The notes: a model not told the origin generated them from the sequence alone. DNA of 35,299 bases from an uncultured Dehalococcoidia bacterium (GCA_964354065.1 CAYGYF010000003.1:1-35299); one strand, 5' to 3'; shown: positions 1-10,085, counted from the stretch's first letter. Numbers and translations are program-made.

Positions 1-2
1 AC

Positions 3-527
3 GAATCGCCGCGTCGGGGAGAGACGTTCGTAACGCGCAAGGTGACCCGGGCGATCGCCCACATCATCGCAGGCAACCAGCGGCTCCTGTTTCTGGGGAA
101 CTTGGCCGCCAAAAGGGATTGGGGCTACGCCCCCGAATACGTTGAAGCTATGTGGCTCATGCTTCAACAGGATGAGCCTCGAGACTATGTCATCGGCACG
201 GGCGAATGCCATTCGGTTAGAGAATTTGTGGAGGAGGCTTTCCACTACACGGGGCTCGACTGGGACCAATATCTGCGCATCGACCCCCGCTATTTCCGAC
301 CTACCGAGGTGGACTTGCTGGTAGCAGACGCGACGCGGGCCCGGAAGGAACTGGGCTGGGACCCGAAGGTTACCTTCAAGCAACTGGTGCGGATCATGGT
401 GGACGCCGATATGGAGGCCGTAGGCCTCACCCCGGTCGGGGAGGGCAAAGCGATCCTCAGGAGAAACGGCCTGGACGATCCCTTCCAGTTGTCCATCGCC
501 CTGGAGCCATTGAGGGGGGAGCCATGA
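3..527 (+). CDS. gmd: GDP-mannose 4,6-dehydratase, 5'-truncated by the window edge
   Basis: Frame from base 3 reads [17 protein letters not shown]...[25 protein letters not shown]...[10 protein letters not shown], the typical Gmd C-terminal half. Stop overlaps the next ATG (ATGA). Confidence 0.95.
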   Translation, partial: ESPRRGETFVTRKVTRAIAHIIAGNQRLLFLGNLAAKRDWGYAPEYVEAMWLMLQQDEPRDYVIGTGECHSVREFVEEAFHYTGLDWDQYLRIDPRYFRPTEVDLLVADATRARKELGWDPKVTFKQLVRIMVDADMEAVGLTPVGEGKAILRRNGLDDPFQLSIALEPLRGEP

Positions 528-1489
528 GCCACCTGGCCGACAAGAGGGTCGTGGTCACTGGTGGCGCCAGCTTCTTAGGGAAGTATGTGGTCAGGAAGCT
601 ACAGGAGATAGGTTGCAGGGACCTCTTCGTCCCCCGCAGCGCCCAATATGACCTGACTCGAATGGAAGACGTGGTGCGCATGTATGAAGATGCCCGCCCG
701 GAGATAGTGATCCATCTGGCGGCCAAGGTAGGCAGCATCGGGTATACCAAGGATAGGCCCGGCGAGTTCTTCTACGACAACCTCATGATGGGCATTCAGA
801 CTATGGAGCAGGGACGACGTTGCGGAGTGGAGAAGTTTGTGGCTATCATCACTGTCTGCGCCTACCCCGAGCACGCGCCCATCCCCCTTCGGGAGGAGGA
901 CCTGTGGAGCGGCTATCCTGAGGAGACCCTTGCCCCCTACGGCCTGGCCAAGAAGATGCTGATTGTGCAGGCACAGACCTATCACCAGCAATACGGCTTC
1001 AACGCTGTCTGCCTCCTTCCGGCCAACCTCTATGGGCCCGGCGGTAATTTCGATCCCTCCTCCTCCCACGTCATCCCATCTGTCATTCGGAAGTGCATCG
1101 AGGCTAAGGAAGAGGGCCGCGATTACATAGAGGTATGGGGCAGCGGCAACGCCTCCCGCGAATTCCTATATGTAGAGGACTGCGCCGAGGCCGTTGTGCT
1201 GGCCTCCGAGCGCTATAACGGGCCCGAACCCATCAACGTCGGCTCCGGCCAGGAGGTCACCATTCGGCAGCTAGCCGAGGCGATTGCTGGGCTTACCGGC
1301 TATCGGGGTGGGATCCGGTGGGACCCTACGATGCCCGAGGGCGAGCTGCGGCGCTGTCTGGACACCTCCAAGGCCGAACGCGAGTTTGGCTTCAAGGCCA
1401 AGACCCCCCTGGGGGTGGGCCTAGAAAACACCATTGGATGGTATCTAGAGCAGAGAGCTCAGGGGCTGCCTTGTGGCCGCGCCACCTAA
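524..1489 (+). CDS. fcl: GDP-L-fucose synthase family epimerase/reductase (Fcl/WcaG); probably ColC-type GDP-colitose synthase in this context
   Basis: VTGGASFLG Rossmann motif, HLAAKVG, CAYP, YGLAK, NLYGP..NF....[21 protein letters not shown]. Lies between gmd and a colD-like gene. Confidence 0.88.
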   Translation: MSHLADKRVVVTGGASFLGKYVVRKLQEIGCRDLFVPRSAQYDLTRMEDVVRMYEDARPEIVIHLAAKVGSIGYTKDRPGEFFYDNLMMGIQTMEQGRRCGVEKFVAIITVCAYPEHAPIPLREEDLWSGYPEETLAPYGLAKKMLIVQAQTYHQQYGFNAVCLLPANLYGPGGNFDPSSSHVIPSVIRKCIEAKEEGRDYIEVWGSGNASREFLYVEDCAEAVVLASERYNGPEPINVGSGQEVTIRQLAEAIAGLTGYRGGIRWDPTMPEGELRRCLDTSKAEREFGFKAKTPLGVGLENTIGWYLEQRAQGLPCGRAT

Positions 1490-1499
1490 GGATTTACCC

Positions 1500-2774
1500 A
1501 TGACCCGAGCCACCCCTCACCAGGAGTTGAGGGAGCTGATTCGCCGCTGCTTTGAGGACCGGGAGAAGCATCCCTTCCTGCCTGGCCGCACCCGCATCCC
1601 TCTGAATGTCCCTTCCTTCGGCTGGGAGGAGGTATGGGAAGCCCTGGAGAGCCTTCTTTCTAGGCAAGTTACGATGGGAAAGAAGGTACGCCAGTTCGAG
1701 GCGATGTTCGCCGAATACATCGGTGTTAAGCATGCCGTCATGGTCAACTCCGGCTCCAGCGCCAACCTCCTGGCCCTATCGGTCTTGTCCAATCCCCTGC
1801 TGCCCGGGCACCTCCAGCCGGGGGATGAGGTGATAACCCCGGCGGTCACCTGGGCCACCACCGTCTTTCCCCTGCTGAATGTCGCCCTCGTGCCGGTCCT
1901 GGTGGATGTTGACCTGCACACCTTCAACCTGATCCCGGAAGAGGTAGAAAAGGCCGTCAGCCCCAAGAGCCGGGCTATCTTGCTGGTCCACCTCCTGGGC
2001 AACCCGTGCAATATGGATGAGATCATGGCCATCGCCCGCCGCCACAAGCTGCTGGTCATTGAGGACGCCTGCGAAGCCCACGGAGCTGAATATGACGGCC
2101 GCAAGGTAGGCAGCTTTGGCGACATCGCTACCTTCAGCTTTTTCTTCAGCCACCACATCACCACCATCGAGGGCGGCATGCTGTTGACCAACAACGACGA
2201 ATACGCTGAGTTGGCCCGGGCGCTTCGAGTCTTCGGCTGGATCCGGGATCTCAAGGCCAAGGATGCGATCACCCAACAGCATCCAGAAATGGACCCGCGC
2301 TTCCTCTTTGTCAACATTGGCTACAACCTCCGGCCCACGGAGATACAAGGGGCCTTCGGCATCCACCAGATGGCCAAGCTGGAGGGCTACATAGAGACAA
2401 GGCGGGAGAATGCCCGCTATTGGGGCGAGAGACTGGAGGCCTTGAACCACCTCCTCCTGCACCGGGAGGCCGAGGGCACGAGGCATGTCTGGTTCGGCTA
2501 CCCGGTTGTGGTGCGCCCCGACGCCCCCTTCAGCCGGGGGGAGCTGGTGGACTACCTGGAGGCCAGGGGGGTTGAGACCAGGCCGATCATGGCCGGCAAC
2601 ATCGACGAGCAGCCGGCCCTGCGCCTCTTCCCCTACCGGAAGGTCGGCGAGCTGCCCAACTCCCGTCTCATCCACCGCAATGCCTTCTTCTTCGGCAACC
2701 ACCAGGGCATCGGCAGAGAAGAAAGGGAAGCTATCGTTCGTCATATTGAGGAATTCGCAGCAAGCAGGCGCTGA
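1500..2774 (+). CDS. colD: DegT/DnrJ/EryC1/StrS-family PLP enzyme, ColD-like GDP-4-keto-6-deoxy-D-mannose 3-dehydratase
   Basis: VNSGSSANLLA, EDACEAHGA, and FSFFFSHHITTIEGG with His where aminotransferases have the PLP Lys. GYNLRPTEIQGA present; no Cys-rich Fe-S motif of E1/DdhC. Start placed at ATG 1500 (AAGGA upstream); ORF track opens at 1473. Confidence 0.8.
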   Translation: MTRATPHQELRELIRRCFEDREKHPFLPGRTRIPLNVPSFGWEEVWEALESLLSRQVTMGKKVRQFEAMFAEYIGVKHAVMVNSGSSANLLALSVLSNPLLPGHLQPGDEVITPAVTWATTVFPLLNVALVPVLVDVDLHTFNLIPEEVEKAVSPKSRAILLVHLLGNPCNMDEIMAIARRHKLLVIEDACEAHGAEYDGRKVGSFGDIATFSFFFSHHITTIEGGMLLTNNDEYAELARALRVFGWIRDLKAKDAITQQHPEMDPRFLFVNIGYNLRPTEIQGAFGIHQMAKLEGYIETRRENARYWGERLEALNHLLLHREAEGTRHVWFGYPVVVRPDAPFSRGELVDYLEARGVETRPIMAGNIDEQPALRLFPYRKVGELPNSRLIHRNAFFFGNHQGIGREEREAIVRHIEEFAASRR

Positions 2775-2782
2775 ATGTCGTT

Positions 2783-3961
2783 GTGGAGAAGCAGATATAT
2801 CTGGAGCCCATATGGAAGATCCACGTCGCCTACAAAGAGCTGATCGCTAGCCCCCCTCAGGGTTATCGGTTCGTAGGTGGCGAAGGCGTTGGGGACAAGG
2901 TGTCGCTGGCCCTCAGCCGCCGGCAACTGGCCCCTTGGCTGATGGCCCAGGCCTACAGCTTGGCGCCTATGACTCTTCTGAAGGCTTATCTGGACCGCTT
3001 CATTCGCCGCCCTCCTGAGGGCACAGTTCTCACCTTCGCCTGCGGTCACCTCGTCCTTCGTCCGGAGCCCTGGGTGGTGGAGTTGGGCAGCGTGACAGAC
3101 CCAATAGGGTTTTCGCCACATCACTTTTGGCGCTACAAGTCCATCCTGGAAAGGGCTTTTGCCTCTGGATGGTGCAAGAAGGTCCTCTGCTGGTCGGAGT
3201 TTACCAAGAGGACCGTTCTGGCCTCCCTGGACTGTTCTCAGTTCCTCCCCAAGCTGGAGGTGGTGCCCCGGGCGGTCCGCCCCCGGAGCTTCGTCAGGCC
3301 CCGCAGGGATAGAGACAGCATCCGGCTCCTCTTCCTGGGCTCGGCCAACATGGCGGGGGAGTTTGCGGCTCGGGGTGGCCCTGAGGTGGTGGAGGCCTTC
3401 CTGGCCTTGCGTCAGCGCTCTGAGTCCCTGGAGCTGACTATAAGATCCGATCTACCGCCGGACCTGCGGCGACGGCTCCACGGCTGCCCGGACGTCCGCG
3501 TTATTGAAGGGGTGATCCCCTCCGAGGAGCTGGAGCGGCTGTTCCTGACCCACGACATCTTCCTCTTCCCTGGCTACTACAGCGCGTGGCTAGTGATCCT
3601 AGAGGCCATGAGCTACGGCCTGCCCGTCATAGCGACGGATGTCCATTCCACTAGCGAATATGTCAACGACGGCAGAACTGGCCTCCTCCTGAGAGCGGGA
3701 AGACTGTCCGACTGCTATGGAGAACTCCCGGTGACGGGCTTCACCAACGAACTCAGGAAGGGCCTGCGAACTCCGGACCATCAGGTTGTGGCGGATCTGG
3801 TCGAGAAGGCAGGCCTCCTCATCGAAAATGAAGAGCTGCGGCAGCGGATGGGAAGGCAAGCACGCTACGAGGTTCAGCGGGGCCAGTTCTCCATTGAGCG
3901 GCGGAACAGCGTGCTGAAGAGGATCCTGGATGAGGCTACCCAGGAGGCTCCGCAAGGATGA
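2783..3961 (+). CDS. glycosyltransferase family 4 (GT-B)
   Basis: C-terminal DIFLFPG...VILEAMSYGLPVIATDV...EYVNDGRTGLL motif. Confidence 0.9.
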   Translation: MEKQIYLEPIWKIHVAYKELIASPPQGYRFVGGEGVGDKVSLALSRRQLAPWLMAQAYSLAPMTLLKAYLDRFIRRPPEGTVLTFACGHLVLRPEPWVVELGSVTDPIGFSPHHFWRYKSILERAFASGWCKKVLCWSEFTKRTVLASLDCSQFLPKLEVVPRAVRPRSFVRPRRDRDSIRLLFLGSANMAGEFAARGGPEVVEAFLALRQRSESLELTIRSDLPPDLRRRLHGCPDVRVIEGVIPSEELERLFLTHDIFLFPGYYSAWLVILEAMSYGLPVIATDVHSTSEYVNDGRTGLLLRAGRLSDCYGELPVTGFTNELRKGLRTPDHQVVADLVEKAGLLIENEELRQRMGRQARYEVQRGQFSIERRNSVLKRILDEATQEAPQG

Positions 3962-5127
3962 AGCTTGTCTATTTCGAGCCCTCCTGGTATGTGAGGACTA
4001 TCGACAGCTTTCTGCTCCAGCATCCGCCGTCGGGCTATCGGTTCGTAGTCAAAGACGGCCCGCGAGAGAGGCTCCTCGACAAGGCCAAGAGCTACTCCAT
4101 CGCCCACCGGTTAGCCCATGGACTCGACTGGCTTCTGCCTCTGAACCTGGCCAGGGCCTGGCTGGAGAGGTTCCGGCCCCCTCCCCCAGGGGTAGCCCTA
4201 ACCCATGCCTATTTCCATGTGGTGTTCCGAAAGGAGCCCTGGGTGCTGGAACTGCCGTGCGAGCAACCCCACCTGCTCATCGGCCTGGAAAGACATTTCC
4301 ATACCTGGAAGCCCCTGCTGAGCCGCTATCTGCGCTCGCCCTTCTGCAAGGCCGTCATCTGTCGAGCGGAGGCGGTGAAGGGGGCCCTGCTGCAAAGGCT
4401 GGGGGAGGAGGCCCCCCGGGAAAAGATCCAGGTGGTTTATGGAGCTGTCCCAGCCCGGGATTTCAGCAAGGAGGGCCCACAGGACAAGATCAGGCTCCTT
4501 TTCGTAAACTCCGCCCATCTGGCCTTTCGGGAGACCTTCTACGGAAAGGGGGGGCTCATCGTCCTGGAGGCTTTCCGGCGGCTTTTGGCCCGCTACGACA
4601 ATCTGGAGCTGGTTATCCGCTCGAAAGTCCCGCCCGAGGTTTTGCAGCAAGGGGACGATCTGCTGAAGGGCGTCAGGATCATTCAAGATCCCCTGCCCTG
4701 GCCGGAACTGGAGAGGGAGTGGTTAGGGGCCGACATATTCGTAATGCCCTCCTATGTCACACCCGACGCGACCCTCATTGAGGCGATGAGCTATCAACTG
4801 CCGGTGGTGACGACCGATGTGTGGGCAAACCCCGAGATCGTGGCCGACGGGAAGACCGGCTTTCTCATATCTGCTCCATCGCTGAGGTGCTTTACCGAAG
4901 GCTATACCGTCCACTTTAATGATCGCGGCTGGGTAAAGCACATAAAGTCCATCGATCCTCAAATGATCCAAGACCTCGAGGAGAAGTTGAGGGCGCTCAT
5001 CGACAATGAGCAGATGCGGCGGCGGATGGGCGAGGCAGGCCGCTATGAAGTGGAGCGCGGGAAGTTCTCCCTCCAGAGAAGGAGCGAGAAGCTGAAGAGG
5101 ATCTTCGATGCCGCTACTGGCGGCTAG
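3958..5127 (+). CDS. glycosyltransferase family 4 (GT-B), paralog of the upstream GT4
   Basis: ADIFVMPS...LIEAMSYQLPVVTTDVWANPEIVADGKTGFL. Shares PPxGYRFV, EPWVxEL and RYEVxRGxFS with the upstream gene. ATGA coupling. Confidence 0.9.
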   Translation: MKLVYFEPSWYVRTIDSFLLQHPPSGYRFVVKDGPRERLLDKAKSYSIAHRLAHGLDWLLPLNLARAWLERFRPPPPGVALTHAYFHVVFRKEPWVLELPCEQPHLLIGLERHFHTWKPLLSRYLRSPFCKAVICRAEAVKGALLQRLGEEAPREKIQVVYGAVPARDFSKEGPQDKIRLLFVNSAHLAFRETFYGKGGLIVLEAFRRLLARYDNLELVIRSKVPPEVLQQGDDLLKGVRIIQDPLPWPELEREWLGADIFVMPSYVTPDATLIEAMSYQLPVVTTDVWANPEIVADGKTGFLISAPSLRCFTEGYTVHFNDRGWVKHIKSIDPQMIQDLEEKLRALIDNEQMRRRMGEAGRYEVERGKFSLQRRSEKLKRIFDAATGG

Positions 5128-6922
5128 GGCCGAAGAGGAAAGGAATGGGGAAGAGCTCCTCAGGATAGGGGGCCACGTCAGAGCCGGCCTTTGGCTTTCG
5201 CTCTTGTTGCTTACTCTGACCCTCCTTCTCTTCCCCACCCGCCTGGTCCTGGAATACCACCCCATCCAGTCCATCTCTGCTATCCCTAACCTCCCCCTTT
5301 TTGCGGCGTTATACGCTGTCTGGCTTCTCTTACTCCTCCTGCTGCTATTCTCGGGCAGAGAGACGCCTTGGTGGGAAAAGCCGGCGCTGGTGGGCATATT
5401 TGCCCTGGTGTTTATCGGCTTCTGGCTCATTACAGGCCCTTATACTGGACTCCGCTACGACGGACTGGGGAATGCCGCCCATGTCGGTTACCTCTCCCAA
5501 CAGCCGGACGGTGAAATCCCGCTAGGCCATCCCAACCTGGGCTACTTCACCTTCCCTAGCATGCACCTGCTGACCTTCGCCCTGGTGCAGATCGCCGGCC
5601 TGAGCCTTTTCCAAGGTGTGACCTTCGTCCTGGTCTTCCACCTGGTTCTACTGGCGGTGCTGCTCTACGTCCTCTTTCTCAGGGGCCTCAACAGCCCTTC
5701 CCTGGCCGCCCTGGGGACACTGCTCGTGATACAGGGAAACATCATGCTTGCCAGGTACAGCTTCTATCCGGGCGTCTGGGCGTTGGTGTTCCTGGTGATG
5801 TTTCTCCTCTTACTCTATCGGCCGGGGCAAGCCCTGTTCGACACCTGGCAGGAGAGGTTCCTGATGCTCCTCTTGCTAGGGGTCACCACCATCACCCACG
5901 CTGTGGCGGCTGTAATGCTCTTTTTCACCCTCGCAGGCATATATCTGGTACGAAATCTGTACCGAATGCGGGCGAAGGCTAGCACCGGCTTGGTTCAGGG
6001 GTTGACTATTGCTGCCTTCCTGGTTATCCCCCTGTCCTGGGATATTTACTGGGCTAGCCTTCTCTTCGAAAGTACTACGAAGCTCACCGCAGCAGTCGTA
6101 AAGGATTTCACCGAGAGCGGGGCGTTGATTACCCTATTCAATCAGGGTGAAAGCTATGCGGGGGGAGCGGCGCCGTTGTGGACCGTCATTATCCGCTACG
6201 TCTGGTTGGCGACGGTGTTCTTCCTCGGGGTCATCTTAGGCCTTAGGAACCTGTTGAACAAAGACCTTAGTCGGACCCAGCAGCTCGAATCCGGCGGGCT
6301 GGTGGGACTCCTCATGCTGTCTGGCACCATTACCCTTCTCTCGGCGGGAGGGGCGCAGTCTTACCGTTTCCTCCTCTACGGCGCCTTCTTCACGGTTCCC
6401 ATTATCCTCCGCTTTCTCGTTGGCCTACCCAGAAACAGGAGGCGCCTCGCCGTTAGGCTAGCCATCTCCTTGTTCTTCGTTTTGTCCTTCCCCACCTTCC
6501 TGGCCCACAACAACTTAGTTGGTGTGAGCACCTACTATCCTTCGGAGCTTCAGGCAAGCAGTTTCTTAGCACAGAATTATGGTAACAATGGTAGGGATCT
6601 GACGGTGTATGGCTTCAACTTGGCGTCTATGCTGGATGGCATTCCTGATGCCAACTTTCGCCTACTCCCCGAGGCCATACAACTCAAGTCTCAGGAGGCA
6701 TTTTGGACCTCCGCGGATGACTTCATAACCGCTTATGAAAGTCAGGGCCACAGACCGGGGGAAAGCGTCCTTTTCGGCTTTTCAAAGAGAGCAAAGGCAC
6801 TGAATGAACATTTGCTTGGCATTCGGCCTGAGGATCCCAGATGGAACCAGATAGCCGATAGACTGTCCTACGCAAGTGATGCCATTTTCGACAGCGGAAC
6901 TGTGCAGCTATACACAAGGTGA
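5108..6922 (+). CDS. polytopic membrane protein, GT-C-like (candidate glycan polymerase/ligase/oligosaccharyltransferase); resembles archaeal glycan-locus membrane proteins
   Basis: More than 10 hydrophobic segments, a loop with YDGLGNAAH...GYFTFPSMH, and a soluble C-terminal domain. Embedded among GTs. Start uncertain. Confidence 0.6.
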   Translation: MPLLAARAEEERNGEELLRIGGHVRAGLWLSLLLLTLTLLLFPTRLVLEYHPIQSISAIPNLPLFAALYAVWLLLLLLLLFSGRETPWWEKPALVGIFALVFIGFWLITGPYTGLRYDGLGNAAHVGYLSQQPDGEIPLGHPNLGYFTFPSMHLLTFALVQIAGLSLFQGVTFVLVFHLVLLAVLLYVLFLRGLNSPSLAALGTLLVIQGNIMLARYSFYPGVWALVFLVMFLLLLYRPGQALFDTWQERFLMLLLLGVTTITHAVAAVMLFFTLAGIYLVRNLYRMRAKASTGLVQGLTIAAFLVIPLSWDIYWASLLFESTTKLTAAVVKDFTESGALITLFNQGESYAGGAAPLWTVIIRYVWLATVFFLGVILGLRNLLNKDLSRTQQLESGGLVGLLMLSGTITLLSAGGAQSYRFLLYGAFFTVPIILRFLVGLPRNRRRLAVRLAISLFFVLSFPTFLAHNNLVGVSTYYPSELQASSFLAQNYGNNGRDLTVYGFNLASMLDGIPDANFRLLPEAIQLKSQEAFWTSADDFITAYESQGHRPGESVLFGFSKRAKALNEHLLGIRPEDPRWNQIADRLSYASDAIFDSGTVQLYTR

Positions 6923-6934
6923 GGACAATTCGAG

Positions 6935-7789
6935 ATGGAAGCGGACGAAGTCTCGGTGGTGATCTGCGCTAAGAACGCTGAGGCCACACTAGAAAGATGC
7001 TTGCGGTCAGTAAAAGATAATAACCCCTTCGAGATTGTTGTTGTCGATGGGAATTCTGCCGATAGAACGGTAGAGATAGCGCGAAGATATACCGACAAGG
7101 TCTATTCCGACGGAGGCAGGGGACTCGGTTATGCCCGGCAACTGGGAGTGGAGAAGGCAAACGGGAAATATGTAATCCACCTCGATGCCGATGTTGTCCT
7201 AGCACATGACTGCCTTGCCAAAATGTTGGGAGAACTGAAGCAGAAAAACGAGCATGGGAAATACGCAGCGGTTAACGCGCAACTCAAAGCCGTTAGCACG
7301 AGGACCTACTGGGAAAAGGCCAGAGAATGGCGACTCCGGCGATTCAACGCAGTGGGCGATTGTTCCTATCTATCACCCAACGCGTCGATCTCGGAGCGAC
7401 GCCTTATCATTGACTACAGGTTTGACACAGCGGCTAGGTTTGGGTGGGAGGTTCAGGATTTGTCTGAAAGGCTGAGAAAGGCCGGCTACAAGTTTGCCGT
7501 GTCTCCGTCTGCCTTTTGTTACCATCACCACGAGGCTACCTTCAAGGCGTTGGCCAGAAAGCACTATATGTGGGGCGTAGCAACTGCAGAATTGTTCGGG
7601 AAGCACAAGCGCGGCGTGGAACGGTTGTATCTACTGTATGCATTTTTTGGCTTTCCCGGAGCAATATTGCGCGCCACCATTAGAGGGGAGTTGATGACAA
7701 TACCGTATCTTCTCGTAGCGGCGCTGTGCACAGATGCTGGTATTATTGCGGCACTCCTGCAATTCGCCTTGAAAAAACTCAGGCGATAG
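6935..7789 (+). CDS. glycosyltransferase family 2
   Basis: VSVVICAKNAE, IVVVDGNSAD, HLDADVV (DxD), hydrophobic C-terminus. GAGG RBS. Confidence 0.92.
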   Translation: MEADEVSVVICAKNAEATLERCLRSVKDNNPFEIVVVDGNSADRTVEIARRYTDKVYSDGGRGLGYARQLGVEKANGKYVIHLDADVVLAHDCLAKMLGELKQKNEHGKYAAVNAQLKAVSTRTYWEKAREWRLRRFNAVGDCSYLSPNASISERRLIIDYRFDTAARFGWEVQDLSERLRKAGYKFAVSPSAFCYHHHEATFKALARKHYMWGVATAELFGKHKRGVERLYLLYAFFGFPGAILRATIRGELMTIPYLLVAALCTDAGIIAALLQFALKKLRR

Positions 7790-7950
7790 GAGAGTGGCAA
7801 AATCTTTCCGCCTGCAAGTTTTCCAAGCACCCAGCCTCGGTGGCAATGGCGGAGTCTAGTAGTATCGTGGCGTGGATGGCTGCATGTGGGCATGAGGTCC
7901 GGTGGCCTAGCAGGCCCCGGTAAACCATAAAACAGTAGACGGAGGTGTGT

Positions 7951-8865
7951 ATGGGAAGACAAGCTCACAGGGGAACAGACGAAATCTCGGTAGTGATTTG
8001 CGCTAGGAACGCGGAAGCCACACTAGAAAAATGCTTGCAGTCGGTGAGGGACAACAACCCCCTGGAGATTATCGTCGTTGATGGCAATTCTACCGACAGA
8101 ACGGTAGAGATAGCGCGAAGATATACCGAAAAAACCTATTGCGACGGGGGCAGAGGCCTCGGTCATGCCCGCCAACTGGGAGCAGAGATGGCGAGTGGAA
8201 CATATGTTGCCTACTTCGACGCCGATGCCGTATTGCCCCAGGACTGTCTTGGGGCAATGCTGAAAGAGTTGAAAAAGAAAAATGAGCACGGAAAATACGC
8301 GGCGATAAACGCACAGATCAAGAATCTCACCCTCCGGACTTATTGGCAGAGAGCGAGAGAGAAGGGGCTGGAGAGATTCAACAAGGTAAGAGAGTGGTCC
8401 TCAATTTCGACACTGGCATCCATCTCACCGCGAGATGTTGTGGTGGAGTATGGGTTTGATGCCCAGACTGTATTCGCAGAGGAAGAGCTCGACTGGTCTT
8501 ACCGGGTTTTGCGAGACGGCTACAAGATCGCGATCTCTTCATCCGCCTTTGTTTATCACGAGTTTCCGGACACTCTCAAGAAGTTTGCTTCTTACCAGTA
8601 TAGGTATGGCTTAGGGACAGGGCGCTTCGTATGGAAATGGAAGCATAGACTAGTAGGACCAACAGTTCTACTCCGAACCATTCTCGCTTCGCCGTGGAAT
8701 GTGTTAGCCGCGCTCCTCCGTGGCGAATTCAAAATGTTGCTGTATTACCTCTTAGGCGGGGTCTTCTCTAATGCAGGCACTTGCGTCGGGCTTTTCCAGC
8801 TCATGTCAAGGTCTCTACTGAAACGATCCAAAGGTGAACCCCGCTCCCATGCACAAGCCAGGTAA
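7951..8865 (+). CDS. glycosyltransferase family 2, tandem paralog of 6935..7789
   Basis: ISVVICARNAE, IIVVDGNSTD, YFDADAV. GGAGGT RBS before ATG 7951 (ORF track opens at 7945). Confidence 0.92.
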   Translation: MGRQAHRGTDEISVVICARNAEATLEKCLQSVRDNNPLEIIVVDGNSTDRTVEIARRYTEKTYCDGGRGLGHARQLGAEMASGTYVAYFDADAVLPQDCLGAMLKELKKKNEHGKYAAINAQIKNLTLRTYWQRAREKGLERFNKVREWSSISTLASISPRDVVVEYGFDAQTVFAEEELDWSYRVLRDGYKIAISSSAFVYHEFPDTLKKFASYQYRYGLGTGRFVWKWKHRLVGPTVLLRTILASPWNVLAALLRGEFKMLLYYLLGGVFSNAGTCVGLFQLMSRSLLKRSKGEPRSHAQAR

Positions 8866-8897
8866 GCCAGCACCATGATACGGTCGGCTCTGTCGAC

Positions 8898-10085
8898 ATG
8901 AAAATCGCCTTCCTCACCCGTAATTATCCGCCGGATAGCCTATGGGGCGGAGATGCCGTTGTTTACCACAACCTGACGCGTGGGTTGGCTGAGCGTGGGC
9001 ATGAGGTTCATGTGATTTGTCAGGCGACTGGCAAAGCTGCGGAGCACGTACAAGACGGCGTCTTCGTCCATAGAGTGGGCACCAATCCCCGAAGATACAG
9101 CGTCATTGCCCGGCTCAACTACAACCTTCATAGCTGGGCGCGCCTGAAACGGATTATCAGGACGAAAGGCATCCAGATAGTTGAGACACCCGATTGGAGC
9201 GCAGAGGGTTTCCTTTACAGCTTGCATAAACGAACACCCCTGGTAGTAACGGCCTTGGGCTCTACAGATAACCCTCTTCAGACGAAAGACTACGCGGGTA
9301 TTCTGCAACTGGGGGCTCTGCTGCTTCTGGCGTGCTTCCGCAATCTAACCCTTAGAAGAGCAGACAGGGTTGTGGCCATCAGCCAAGACAGCTACGAAGC
9401 GGTGCTACGAAGATACCCCGTGGATCACAAAAGGGTGGTGAAGGTTCCCTTAGGAATAGACACCGACAAATTCCGCTATGCGGAACCTGGCATCAAGCAG
9501 AAGAAATTGGGGCTGCCCAACAGCACCAGCATTGTTACCTATGTGGGTAGGCTGGAAGCCCGAAATGGAGTCCATGTGCTCTGCCAGGCGATACCACAAG
9601 TTACCGCTCGCCTGCCAAGTACGAGGTTTGTATTTGTCGGACGAGATACCAATACGGCTCCCAAGGGCGGCTCTCTTAAGCAACACATCACGAATCGGGT
9701 CGGCGACAGCGCGCACTTCATCGACTTCCTGCCCGACGATGAGCTGGTGCAGTTGTACTCCGCCAGCGACGTCTGTGTATATCCGGCCTTGAGCAGCACC
9801 TTCGGCTTGCCGATAGCAGAAGCGATGGCTTGTGGCAAGCCGGTGGTGGCGACGCCGGTAGGAATAGCCCCCGAGTTGGAGCCTTGTGCCTCCGGAGGGC
9901 TCACAGTGGTGGCGGCTCAGGAACCAAAAGAGTTGGCGGAGGCCATAGCGAGGTATCTCACCTCTCCCCAAGCATGTAGGGACAGGATTGCCAAGAGTAA
10001 CCGCGAACTCATAGAATCGCGATTCTCCATCCCGGCCTGGGTTGATCGAGTGAGCGACCTCTATGCGGAACTGCTGGCGGGGTGA
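8898..10085 (+). CDS. glycosyltransferase family 4
   Basis: MKIAFLTRNYPP..WGG, GHEVHVI, YVGRL, FGLPIAEAMACGKPVVAT. Confidence 0.92.
   Translation: MKIAFLTRNYPPDSLWGGDAVVYHNLTRGLAERGHEVHVICQATGKAAEHVQDGVFVHRVGTNPRRYSVIARLNYNLHSWARLKRIIRTKGIQIVETPDWSAEGFLYSLHKRTPLVVTALGSTDNPLQTKDYAGILQLGALLLLACFRNLTLRRADRVVAISQDSYEAVLRRYPVDHKRVVKVPLGIDTDKFRYAEPGIKQKKLGLPNSTSIVTYVGRLEARNGVHVLCQAIPQVTARLPSTRFVFVGRDTNTAPKGGSLKQHITNRVGDSAHFIDFLPDDELVQLYSASDVCVYPALSSTFGLPIAEAMACGKPVVATPVGIAPELEPCASGGLTVVAAQEPKELAEAIARYLTSPQACRDRIAKSNRELIESRFSIPAWVDRVSDLYAELLAG

Noticed and set aside
1500-2774. Perosamine synthase/aminotransferase or CDP-sugar E1 dehydrase
   Set aside because: The PLP Lys is replaced by His and there is no Fe-S Cys motif; the GDP-sugar context favours ColD.
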